DNA of 51,492 nucleotides, the filler included. It is 3 parts of 3 records of this genome, joined end to end, with 100 filler letters (N's around TTAATTAATTAA, not from the genome) between each part and the next. Parts side by side here need not be neighbours in the genome. Positions count along the whole stretch, not along the records: positions 1 to 23,878 come from DRR378314_2779; 2 more parts are not named here. One strand, written 5' to 3'. The notes under the pieces were generated by a model that was not told the DNA's origin, did no database searches, and worked only from the letters and a program-made list of their open reading frames with translations. Of this stretch, positions 1 to 10,643 are shown piece after piece; position 1 is the first letter of the stretch; the number at the start of each line of letters is the position of its first letter. Both the position numbers and the translations under genes were made by a program.

Positions 1-86
1 CAGGACACTGCGGTGTGGGAAACGCGCGCCACGTGCACGAGCGAGTTCGTGGAGCTGCTCTGGTGGTGCCGAGAGCGCGCGCGTAC

Positions 87-1598
87 CTTTCCCACGGGAC
101 GCCGCGCGTTCGGAAGCACCACATCCGCGCCTTCCAGCGCAGGCGAGTGCGTGACCGGTTCAAACTTCGCCACCTGACCGCATATGTTGTTACTGGCTTC
201 CGCCGCTTCGTCGTCCTCGTAGCAGAGCGCCACGGGCAGCGCACGCTTCCGCACCGTACCTACAAACTTGCTGCGCGCAGTGAGCTCCTGGCCGACGAAA
301 CAGCCCTGGCGTATATCGCGCGCACAGCCAGCACCGAACCGCACACGGAGCGTACACGGAGCGTACACGGAGCGCACGCACGCGCACGTGCGTCAGTCTC
401 TCGCTCTCTCGCGCGCATCGCACCGTGCTCGTGGCCTGGGACCGCGCGCTGCGCGCGTGTGCTCGCGCTCCACCGCCGCACCGGCTCGCGCACCTTGGTG
501 TACGAGATCGCTCCGATTTCATCCATGTTGATCTCCGGCGCGGTAGACGCAACGCTCCGTACGGCATCCTCGGTGACGATGCCCTCGCGCACGCAAAACG
601 CCGCGTACTCCTCCTCGGCGGCGCGGCGCGCGTCACGGAACGGAGAGGCGTCGCGCGGGGCGTACGCGCGCGCCCCAAAGTACGCTCGCCGCGGATCGGC
701 AAACGAAAGGAAACCGCTGCACCACAGCACCGCACGTACACACACCAGACGTCCGTAGCCGCCACACAGCGCCTGGGTAAGCACGTCTACGCCGCCGGTC
801 GCAGGTCGCCGCGCTGCACGTCGCAGCGCGCGCTCACGTACCTGCTTGCTGCGCCCTCTGCCGCCGCCGCGGAGGAAGCCGCGTCCGATGCGGTCGAGCT
901 CGTGCCGGGTGGAAACCATACATGTACTCCCAAATCATCTACGCGTGCAATATCGATTGGTCGTCGTAACCTGCGCATGAGAACGGCGTGCGATCACGAG
1001 GAGTCAGGTGTGTGTCGCGCGGTGAGCGGTGCGCACCGGTGGGGAGTTGGCAAGCGCACACCGCGCTCTCCTGTCCGCTCCGTCCGCGCCACACACACGC
1101 ACATAGCACCCCATTCTATACACACCAGCGCGCGCATGCCGCCTCAACAGTACACATAGTACACTCGCATACGTATACACCTGTGCGTATGTGGGCCTTG
1201 TTCGGTGTATACGCTGCGCACGTCCCGGTCCGTGGCGCCGTGTCGTACCTGAAAAGGTCAAGGTGCCGCACTAGGGCGCTCGCGCGCTCCGCATCGCACT
1301 CTACCAGCACCGCATCGGCTCCCTCGCGCACAAAGAAGCACTCGTGCAGTACGCGGCCCTTGGCGTTCAGAAAGCATCCATACAGCGCCTGTGTATCGCC
1401 AGGCGCGAGCTCCTGCAGGTCGCACGAGACCAGTCCCTGCAAGAACGGCGCGGGGTCGTCCGTGCCGCGCACGCGGAGGACGGCACGCGACGAAAGCGGC
1501 ACAAACGAGCCAAAGTGCCGCGCTCGACTCGCATTGTACATAGACGCAGCACCGCGCACACCGTGTCTACACAGAAACGAAATTGATATGGTCTTCAT
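87..1598 (-). CDS. IBA57: IBA57/CAF17/YgfZ-family Fe-S cluster maturation protein (spliced; 3' end runs off the window). Exons 1598-1249, 970-842, 716-494, 305-87
   Basis: N-terminus RAVLRVRGTDDPAPFLQGLVSCD...FLNAKGRVL. Splicing at GT-AG introns 1248-971, 841-717 and 493-306 keeps frame and rebuilds FRLRR, DPR and the family signature YTK|GCFVGQELTAR. Start codon choice is uncertain. Confidence 0.9.
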
Positions 1599-1665
1599 AT
1601 CTTTCGCAATCGTTCTCTGCGTGCGTCTAGCGGGAGCGGTTCTCCACCGTAGCGCTGCGCCGCGG

Positions 1666-1716
1666 GCGGGAGAGAGCGGGAGAGAGCGAGCGGGAGAGAG
1701 CGAGCGGGAGAGCGCG
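1666..1716. repeat. GA-rich low-complexity repeat (GCGGGAGAGAGCGA-like units)
   Basis: Direct reading, between the COQ8 stop and the IBA57 start. Confidence 0.7.
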
Positions 1717-1998
1717 GATACGATGGTAACCTAGTACGTGAACCACCTCTACGCGCCGCGGACCTGCTCCGCTGCCCGAAGCGATCCGCCGCGCGGTGTG
1801 CTGGCACAACGCGCGAAAAGCGTGCTCGGAGCGCGCTCTGCGACGAAAGGGGAGACGATGAACGAGGTAGAGTGCACGTGGCAAAGGAGGCGTCGGGGTC
1901 CGTTTACAGTCATTCATGGACGCTACGAGCACCGCACGCGCGCGACAACGCTGCGCGCAAGCGCCGTTCCTCGGGATCGTGGTACGCGCGCGGCAGCG

Positions 1999-4900
1999 TT
2001 ACGACCATTGCATTTTCTCACTGTGCTCGCGAAGGATACTCTTGCAATCTACAGACGCGCGGAGCCGCATGCACATGAGGAACGCCCCCGATAGCTTTCG
2101 GTGGAGCGAGTACGCTTCGTCCGGCGGCGGCGTGAGACGGTGCTCGAGCATCACGCTGCCGAAAGCGCTCAGGCGCGACGTCATGCTCGAGGAGGCGAAA
2201 TCGTAGCCGCCAGACGCAGCAAACGGCTCGCCGACGATGAAACCAGCTTCCGCGTGCGCGTCCAGCATCGACCGCGACTCGTCCCCCGTGAGGAACCCGA
2301 GATTCCGCGATGCGTCCAGCACGCCCTCGCGGTTACGGTCCGCGCACGCGACCACCATGCGCAGGTACTCCTCCACAAATTCGTCCGGATAGTGCCGACA
2401 CGCGCCAAAGTCAATCAGGCCCAGCGTGCCGTCGGGGCAGTAGAGGAAATTGCCAAAGTTTGGGTCGGTCTGCATGTACCGCCACTCGAACAGCTCGCGG
2501 ACAGTGAGCTCCAGCAAATTGCTAGCCACGCGATTCCGCTCCTCCTGCGGCAAATGCGCCGCTGCTCGATCAATGGACAGGCCGTGAATCCAGTCGGTGG
2601 TCAACACGCGGGGCGCTGAAGCGGCTTTCACTACACTGGGTACGCGGAATCGATCGTCATCCGCCACGAGCTTCGCGTACAGCGCCTGCGACTCGGCCTC
2701 GTTGTCGTAGTTGCACTCGTGCAGGAGCTCGCGCCGCCCAACCTCCATAATCCGGTCAATGTACAGCCCGCGCGGTAGCACATTGGCGATTTTCAAGACG
2801 CGCTTCAAGTTCTCCAAGTCGCTTTCGATCGATTGTGCCACGCCCGGGTACTGGACCTTGATCGCCACTTCGCGCTCGTCTTCCGCGAGCTTTCCACGGT
2901 GAACTTGACCAATGGACGCAGCGGCAACGGGCGCAGCGGAAAACTCGGCGTACAAATCGCGCCACGAGGGTCCCAGATCCTCTGTCATGACCTGCACACG
3001 GAGAAGTGATGGCGATGGTAATGCGTGAGAAGCACATGAGCGACACATTGCACGCTCGCCGCGTGTGTGCTGGAGTGCACGATGTACGCATTGTGCTCGG
3101 TACGGCCGCGACGCGCAGCGACCACTCCGCACGTGCAATGCGGCGCGATTCGAATGCAGTACGTGCACGGAACCGGCAACAAACGCGGAGACGCGGTGGT
3201 GAAGTGTGTATACGAGTTGTGCAGGTGAAGCGAGTGGGGAAACCATTGGGAGGGTGGGGGAGAAGCGCGACGCGATTGTGCAGTGCACAAACGAGTATCG
3301 CCCTCGCCTTGTTCCCCTCGCCGCCCACAGCAAACCACCCCTTACACATCAACGAGCGCGCACGTACACTCAAGAGCGCGTGTGTGCGCATCGATGACCA
3401 CGTGCGCAGTGCGCTGGGATGCAATGGCGCCTAACCCATCCCTCACTCACACTCCCATCCACCGCACTGTTCCTACAACAACAACCGCAACGACCGCACC
3501 AGCGCCACGCACTACGATCCAAACACACCTGATTCAGCTGTCGTTGCGGCATAACATCCGCTGCATCGCGAACGCGAGCAAGTGCCTGTTGGATCTCGGG
3601 TGGGAGTAGATTCTCGTCCTGCATCACAGCAAACGATGCCAGAAGGAACGGACAAGGGAGAAAGCCACAGTTCAGCTGTAGCTACACACCCACTTCCCGA
3701 TATGCACGAGTACGGACTGCAACGCCACAGATGCGTCATCATTCGCAAACACGCACGCATACACACGTGTTTGTATTTGCAGCTCAGGTATCGGGGAAGC
3801 GTGCAGTGCTGATTGGGGTAGATCGTTGTGGTGTACAGGAGACGCTGCGTACGATGATACGACTCGATCGACACGGGTAACGCGCGGCAATCACAACTCG
3901 CTTCTTCGCACGCAACATCGACCCCTTGGGTACATGCGCGAGGTTGTGGCATGGACGTACCTGTATAGAGAGCATCTGCCCGATCTTCAGCGCGGCGCCG
4001 CGCATTCGGCATAGCGTTTCCGCCAGGCGCTCCGCATTCGACGAAGAGAGAATCGATTGGCGAGACTCCGACTCGCTGCCACGAAACGCGTTCTGCGCCA
4101 TTTCACCAATCGATCCCGCTGCTAAACGTACGGCAAGGCCTACATGCCGGCAGTGTGGCATGGACGAGGCGCACAGATGCCGCAGAGCGAGAAGGAGAGT
4201 GCAGGTGAGAGACGAAGCGCGAGTGTGAGTATGGGAGAGTGAAACCGAAAGAATCCCACCACAGGAAAGAACACCACCACCGAATACTACTTACTACGGT
4301 CCGATGACAAAGCTTCGCCCCCTCTGCTATGTAATGGTCCGCGCGCGATGTTCGCGGTGCTGCTCGTGCGTGCGTGGTGGCTCTGCCACCCACGACCGCG
4401 CAGGTGCCGTCAACACTCCAGCTCTCCCCGCTTTCCCGCCGCTTCGCGCGGCCGATTGTACCTACCGGTCCAGTATGCAGTGCATATTAGTGACAAGGGT
4501 AACGCATCGCAAACATCGGTGCGTTTGGCTCGCTCCGTACACTCGCAAACACGATCACACGCGCGCTCTCTCACTCACTCGAGCGCAGTACCGCACGAGT
4601 ACGCCCAGGCACCGCTAAGCCACCAACCCTGCCGCAACAAGAATAAGGTCAATCAGTCGCCAGTAAGCGACATCACGATAGCGAGTATGTCCACTGTATA
4701 CGAGTACATACCTCCGAAACCCACGAACCGCGATATTCGGGAGGAGGGCACGCTGCGTTCGCGTAGCTGTTGTTGCTGTTGCTGCTGCTGCTCTGCGACT
4801 GGCACCGCAAACGAGCGCGAAGCCTTACGGTCCACCTCCACCTTCGCCTCGGTTGAGGACAACTGGGAGCGATCCACGGCATCCTGCATGACCTCACGGT

Positions 4901-5144
4901 CATCCACAGTATTAGAAGTCGTCTGCGAAGGCTGCACGGTATCTTCCTGGGGCTTCTCGGTCGCGCTATCGCCGCGGCGCTCGTGCGACGTGGACGGCGC
5001 GCTGGGAGGATCGGGGAGAATGACGGCGCGAAGCAGCGACGACAGCGCTGGAAGCTGCTGCGACAGCCCGGAATCCACGACTTTCGCTACCCCTTGTAGG
5101 ACATGCAACGCATCACGCGTCCATGCGTTCCCGATACCGGTCAT
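1999..5144 (-). CDS. COQ8: COQ8/ABC1 (ADCK3/4, UbiB-family) atypical kinase-like protein, ubiquinone biosynthesis. Exons 5144-4712, 4139-3961, 3618-3529, 2991-1999
   Basis: Motifs ERSVPSSRISR, MRGAALKIGQMLSIQ (KxGQ), AAASIGQVH (A-rich loop), AIKVQYPGV, MQTDPNFGNF, LIDFGA, RLTPPPDEAYSLHRKLSGAF. Three phase-compatible GT-AG introns. Poly-Q tract in exon 1. Confidence 0.93.
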
Positions 5145-6163
5145 GGCGCGAAAGACAGAGGTGCCAAGGCCGGGAGACGCGACGCGTTCAGCACCTCAGC
5201 GAGTGCACGCAGCGCACGCCGGGAGCGTGCAGAGGACGCAGATGGTGCAGCAACGCGCACGGAACGAAGCGCTGCGCTCCGATAAATACCAGCTCCAGGT
5301 TCCTCCACGGCACGAGTTCACCGTAATGCTCTACAAAGCGATACCGCAGTGCAGCGTTGCAACGGTTCCCACTCGTGTTGCGTTGCTCGTTTCTGCGTGT
5401 GTCCCCAAGGCAGCGCGCAGCGTGAGGGCGGGGCGGGTGCGAGGTGCTCGCTTGTGCGCACGGGCGTGGCGCGTGCGCGTGGGGAGCTCCGCACCGCACG
5501 CTGCTGGCATATAAGAGACCTATAAATATCAATCGTCTATGTTACTTGAATTGGACTCCAAGGGGGCCAGAGCGGTACAGGTTGGGTAATAGGTTCGTGG
5601 AAACGACAGGAAAAGTGATGGGCATATCCTCAGACGATTGAGTAAAGGTTGAGGTATCGTGGTTATTGGCACAACTCCCCCGAGACTCGCTCGTCAATAC
5701 ACGTACTGTCATGGTTCCGCACTGTGGTCAATTCGTGTACCACATGTACTATCTTTCCCCTAGTTTGCCCCTTTGCGCGTGGGGCAGGTTTGTGCAGTTT
5801 CGGCCGCGGCGAGCGAGCGACGCCAGTTTTACTGCGACGTGCGACCGATCGCCGTGCTTGCCGCCCCAGCGCCAACCCCTCGCCCAGCGCGCAAGCTGCT
5901 TCGCGCACATTTCCTTACACTCTTGCGCTGAACATCGCGTTCAAGTCATATTGTACCTGCACTCGTGTGCCACCCGTCCTGTTTCGTGCACTGCGAGTCG
6001 GTGCTCCGGTGCAGCTGCTTCGGCTCGTGCGCTCGTTTTGGCTCGCTCGTCGGCGCGCCGGCCTTTTTCCGCACAACGCGCTCGCCCTCCACTCGGAAAC
6101 GGCTAGAGGCACATTTGCTCATCGCTCGCTTGCGTACGTAGGACCACGTGGGTTGGGACTCGC

Positions 6164-9100
6164 ATGTCGCAGTCTCGCGTCCGCTCGGCGCTGGGACGAA
6201 TCTTGTGCTGTCGCTCGTCAACTTCCGCATTGGTATCACCGCACGACGCCGCTGCAGCCGCGGGCAGAGCGGCGGAGATGGGAAAGCACGTTCGCAGAGA
6301 CGTGTGTGCAGTCGACGATGTGCAACCGGGCCAGTACGTTGCATTGTGGCGAAGAGAGCTCGTATCGGCGCATCAGGGCTTGTGCGGTTCCCGAATGCCG
6401 TGTCGCACGAGCGTCCGCATGCGACACGTGTCGCGCGAGCGTCCGCACGCGACACGTGTCGCACGAGCGTCCGCACGTGCACACGTACCATTCAGCGCTC
6501 GTGCCTTCCGCTTATGCGCCCTTGCCATGGATATTTGTTCCATGTATGTATCGTGTGAGTACAGGATGGCCGAGTTTAATGTCGGAGAAGGGAGGAATGT
6601 GCTCGTTTTGCGCACACGCGAGGTGCGTTGGGCGCAAGAGGCAGCACGTGTACGGAGCGCAGCGCGCTCGCCGCGCCGCCGCGGCCGCCGCCACCACGCA
6701 GGATCTGCTTGCAGCGAATACGCGCACTCGTTCGTACGCTGCGTTGTGCGCTGCATCGTGCGCAGTCGCGGTGGCGGGGGAGCTGCCGGGAGGCCGGCGG
6801 CGCACAGCGCACCCTCCGTTGCGCGCTCTCACACCGATCCACCGCGTGCACGCGCGCGCTCGTCTACTATGCAGGGCGAGTTCCGCGCCACCGGTGCGAA
6901 ATGCTCGCATTACGGCGCGCCACTGGTGAAGGGGGTACGTTGTGCGTGCGAGCGCGAGGAGTGTGGACGGCGCGCGCTCCTCGCTGCCGCGCTGCTCGCC
7001 GCTCCCGCCCCATTCCCTTCTCGCAGTCGTGCGATCGTCACCGTTTGCTCCTCTTCACCGAACCATCTCCGCCGTTGCGCGCTCTGCGATCACTCGCGGC
7101 GTGCGCAGAGCTACGACGGACGCGACTGTGTACGGTGTCCGTGGCACGGCGCATGCTTCAATGTCCGCTCTGGCGATATCGAAGAGTGCCCCGGTGAAGA
7201 CGGCATCCCGACCTTTTCCGTCAGTGTTGAGGACGGTCGCGTCATCGTATCCGCGGACATCGATGTACTTCAGCGCTCGCATAAGCGCGCTCCCGTGGCG
7301 TTCACCCAGCAGGTCGGCGGCGGGCACGTGGTGGTGGTCGGCGGCGGTCCCGCGGGCCTCGGCGCGTGCGAATCGCTGCGCCAGCACGGATACAGCGGGA
7401 GAATATCCCTCGTAAGCGCAGAAACCACCCTGCCGTACGACCGCACGAAACTATCGAAGAACTTTGCTGTCGACATCGAAAGTATTCAGCTTCGCGAGTA
7501 CGTACACCCATTGTGGGACGCCACATCAGCGGTACAGGAGCGGTGCGAAACGGATACTCGATGTCTCGCTCGTCCGCTCTCTGATCCAACGAACACCGGA
7601 ACCCAGATGTCTCCCTTTCCACCCTCATGGCACACGAACCGCGCAGTACCGCACACTGTCTTTCTCTGCATTCTCTCACGCGCACTCACTCTCTCTCACA
7701 CGCTCGCTCGAGTGGGATGGTATTCCTGACGTACGGTTGTCTACGTCTCCACGTCGTGCAGCGATGCGTTTTTCAAGGATCAGAAGGTCGACCTGCATCT
7801 CGGTGTCACGTGCGAGAGTGTGGATGTGGACGCACACGTTGCGTCCCTGAGCGATGGCTCCAAGCTCGCGTACGACAAGATCTGCATCGCTACCGGGGGG
7901 TACGTGAATCGCAGTGCTGACACCGCTACACATGAGCACCGCGATACATTCACTTTCCAGCTCGCGGTCCAATGGAATGCTGCGTTTCGCGTCGTCGTGC
8001 GCTAACCTCGCACGTGTTCACTCCCTGTTCCGCATCTGCAGGACGCCGCGGCGCCTCGATGTCCCCGGTATCGACCGCGTATCCGGTGTGCACTATCTGC
8101 GCACCATTGACGATGCGCGAGCAATCGCCGAGGATGTATCGGAGCACACCGAGGTCGCAATCGTTGGGTCGTCGTTCATTGGCATGGAAGTCGCTGCGGC
8201 GCTGTCGAAGAAGGTCAAGACGGTGCATGTGATCGGAACGAGCAAGGAGCCGTTTGCGCACGTCCTCGGTACCGAGATCGGTGCGTGCCTGCGCCGCCTC
8301 CACGAAGAGAAAGGCGGTGTGCAGTTTCATCTCGGTAGCGGCGTGGCGCGCATTACGGAAGGTGAGAACCAGCGCGTGTCCGGTGTTGGGCTGGAGAGCG
8401 GGGAGACTGTCCCGTGCGACATGCTCGTGGTCGGTATTGGCATGGTGCCGACCGCTGGGAAACTCGTACACGGCACCGGTATCAATGTGGCGAAGGACAA
8501 CTCGATCGTAACCGATGCGTCGCTCTACGCGGGTAACGATGTGTATGTGGCCGGTGATGCTGCTCGGTTCCCGCACGCGAAGCTCGCCGGTGCGGACACG
8601 TTCCGCATCGAGCACTGGGGATTCGCGGGGAGCGCCGGACGTACCGCAGGATACAACATGACAGCTACGTACGTTACCGCAGCCATCGCGCCCATCCCCG
8701 TAATGTACACGAATTGCGCACAATGAAGGTGCGCGTCGCCAGGTAGTGTGCTCGTGCAGACCGGGAGCGCAAATGTGTCTCGGAGTCGGTATGCGCGGTG
8801 TGCATGCGAGAGCGTGCTGGAAGGCGGTGATGCGCTTCGTGTGTGTGGAGATTCCGGGCGAAGAGCGCGCGGAGCGTGTGTGCGCTGGAGTGCAGGACGA
8901 AGAGCGCATCGAGCGCGCGGTGAACGAGCGGACACGCGCCGTCTGCGCTCGCCGCTCTCTCGCCCATCCTCGCGTCGCTGCTGATCATGTGAATCCTCCC
9001 TATACCTCAATGCGCCTCCCCGCTCTCCCGTGGTGTACGCAACTCCGGCTGCAGGTCACCGAAACCGTTTGATTTGATTCCGTTTTTCTGGACCATGCAA

Positions 9101-9977
9101 TATGGACTCTCGCTTCGCTATGTTGGCCATGCGAGGCGGTACGATGACATTGTGTTCGATGGATCAGTCGAGGTGAGAATCGCTCTCGTCGCAGCGCGAC
9201 GGAGTGGAGCTGCTGCTGTTTTTCGTCGAACAACGCGCATGCTTCAGCGTTCTTATGCGTAGAAGGACGTGGTGCGCACTCATCAGCGTAAACTTCTTGT
9301 TGCTGAATGTGTGGGTAACTTGTCGTGGCCGTGAGCACCGCGAGTCTTTTTTGTCGTTGCAACAGTGACGAGGAAGGTCGTCGAGCGCCACTACCTTCCC
9401 TTCGACTGATGCGCTTGATATGCAGGATAGCGCATATAGGATGTACTGGGCGAATACTCGCTGTTCCACATGGAGCTACATATGGTGCAATGATGCGTGC
9501 GCGTTTGCAAGAAAAGAACCCTGTTTCCCCCTCCCCAGCAGACTGTTGGTTGCTGTGCTGTATACTTGTCTAGTGCAAATCACTCATCGCATGTGCTTGC
9601 CATCTTTGTCGCGCTGTTTGCGTGTGCGTGCGCCATCTGTGCGGCAGGAACGAAAATTCGTTGCCTATTTCTGCGACAAGGAAGAGATCCGCGCGGTCAC
9701 AACTCTTGGCCGAGATCCCGTTGCTGCAGTTGCTGCAAATCTCATGAAAGAAGGGAAAATGCCGAAGAAGGGCGATCTTGCGGTGCGTTGCGTCACCAAG
9801 GGAGTGACGTCGTAGAGCACACGGGGAGCGACCGGTGCTGCACTGCATTTGTTGTTCTCTCCGAGTGCGCGGTCCCTTCCGAATCGTGAGCCCTGCATGT
9901 CTTGGTGGTGTGTTGTGGCAGTACTTGCACTATCACAGCGTATGGACGCAGGGGAAGTCCTGACGTACAAGCGATAA
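6164..9977 (+). CDS. AIFM3-like Rieske [2Fe-2S] plus FAD/NAD(P)H pyridine nucleotide-disulfide oxidoreductase fusion. Exons ~6164-6333, 6565-6622, 6875-6934, 7109-7497, 7762-7899, 8042-8668, 9055-9172, 9648-9782, 9939-9977
   Basis: Rieske ligands CSHYGAPL...CPWHGACF; FAD motif VVVGGGPAG; LPYDRTKLSK; IATGG; GSSFIGMEVA; VAGDAARFP; RIEHW; IPFFWT. All junctions are GT-AG and phase-compatible. Start (6164 or 6278) and last exon (alternatively read-through to stop at 9815) are uncertain. Confidence 0.9.
6400..6484. repeat. 28-bp tandem repeat, about 3 copies, with self-complementary unit ends (GTGTCGCACGAGCGTCCGCATGCGACAC), intronic
   Basis: Units at 6400-6427, 6428-6455 and ~6456-6484 read directly. 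Confidence 0.85.
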
Positions 9978-10643
9978 ATTTTTCTTGCCAAAGGGTACCC
10001 TACGCAGCTCGAAAGCGCTAGAGTAGCGCAGATGTAGAGAGTGCTCTTCGGCTTTTTGAAGTACGCCGCGAGAGAATCCCTCACAGGGTGTGTGCGTGTT
10101 TTCTACGGGCTTACTGGTTGAAAACGCAGCCGGGACTGGATTTATCCAAGTATTTGTGAGGAAAGCATACGGGAAAGACTGTTTGTGGCGATTTGTATTG
10201 CCCTCCTGCGCACTGCGTTGCGAAGTGATGTATGCTGCGGTGGCTTTGTGCGCATTCCGCTTGGTGCGCGCTACGGAGAGCCACCGAGCGGGCGAGCGTC
10301 CTCTTCGCAGCTGCGAGCTGCCACGAGGCTGCTCGCGCAGCGGCAGCCTCACCGCTTGCGGAAGCGTGAGCGCAAATAAAAGATTGATTTCTGAGCTTCA
10401 TTATCACCCGAATTTCTTTCGTCTTTCACTTATCGCCTGTTCGCAAGGGATCTGAAGCCAATTCAGCGCGTGTCAAAACTCTTGCGCTTGAATGTGCGGT
10501 CGTGTAATGCGCAGAGGAACTGCATTCCACCTCCCACATACCACCACTCGCTCTTGTGCTCGAACGCGTGGTCTTTCCCATTCGAGCATCCAGCCACTCG
10601 CAAGTAGCCGTATCTTGTACCACAAAAGTAAATATGTGTAGGT

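Noticed and set aside
6400..6484. CRISPR array
   Set aside because: Palindromic 28-bp units are contiguous with no spacers, lie in a eukaryotic intron, and have no cas genes nearby
15..9815. Frameshifted pseudogenes, and many Arg/Ala-rich ORFs in the track
   Set aside because: The frame breaks are explained by phase-compatible GT-AG introns; the remaining ORFs are GC-rich noise
9665..10407. Small minus-strand membrane protein (KSTLYICATLALSSCVGYPL)
   Set aside because: Overlaps the last exons of the AIFM3-like gene; no convincing start or splice path
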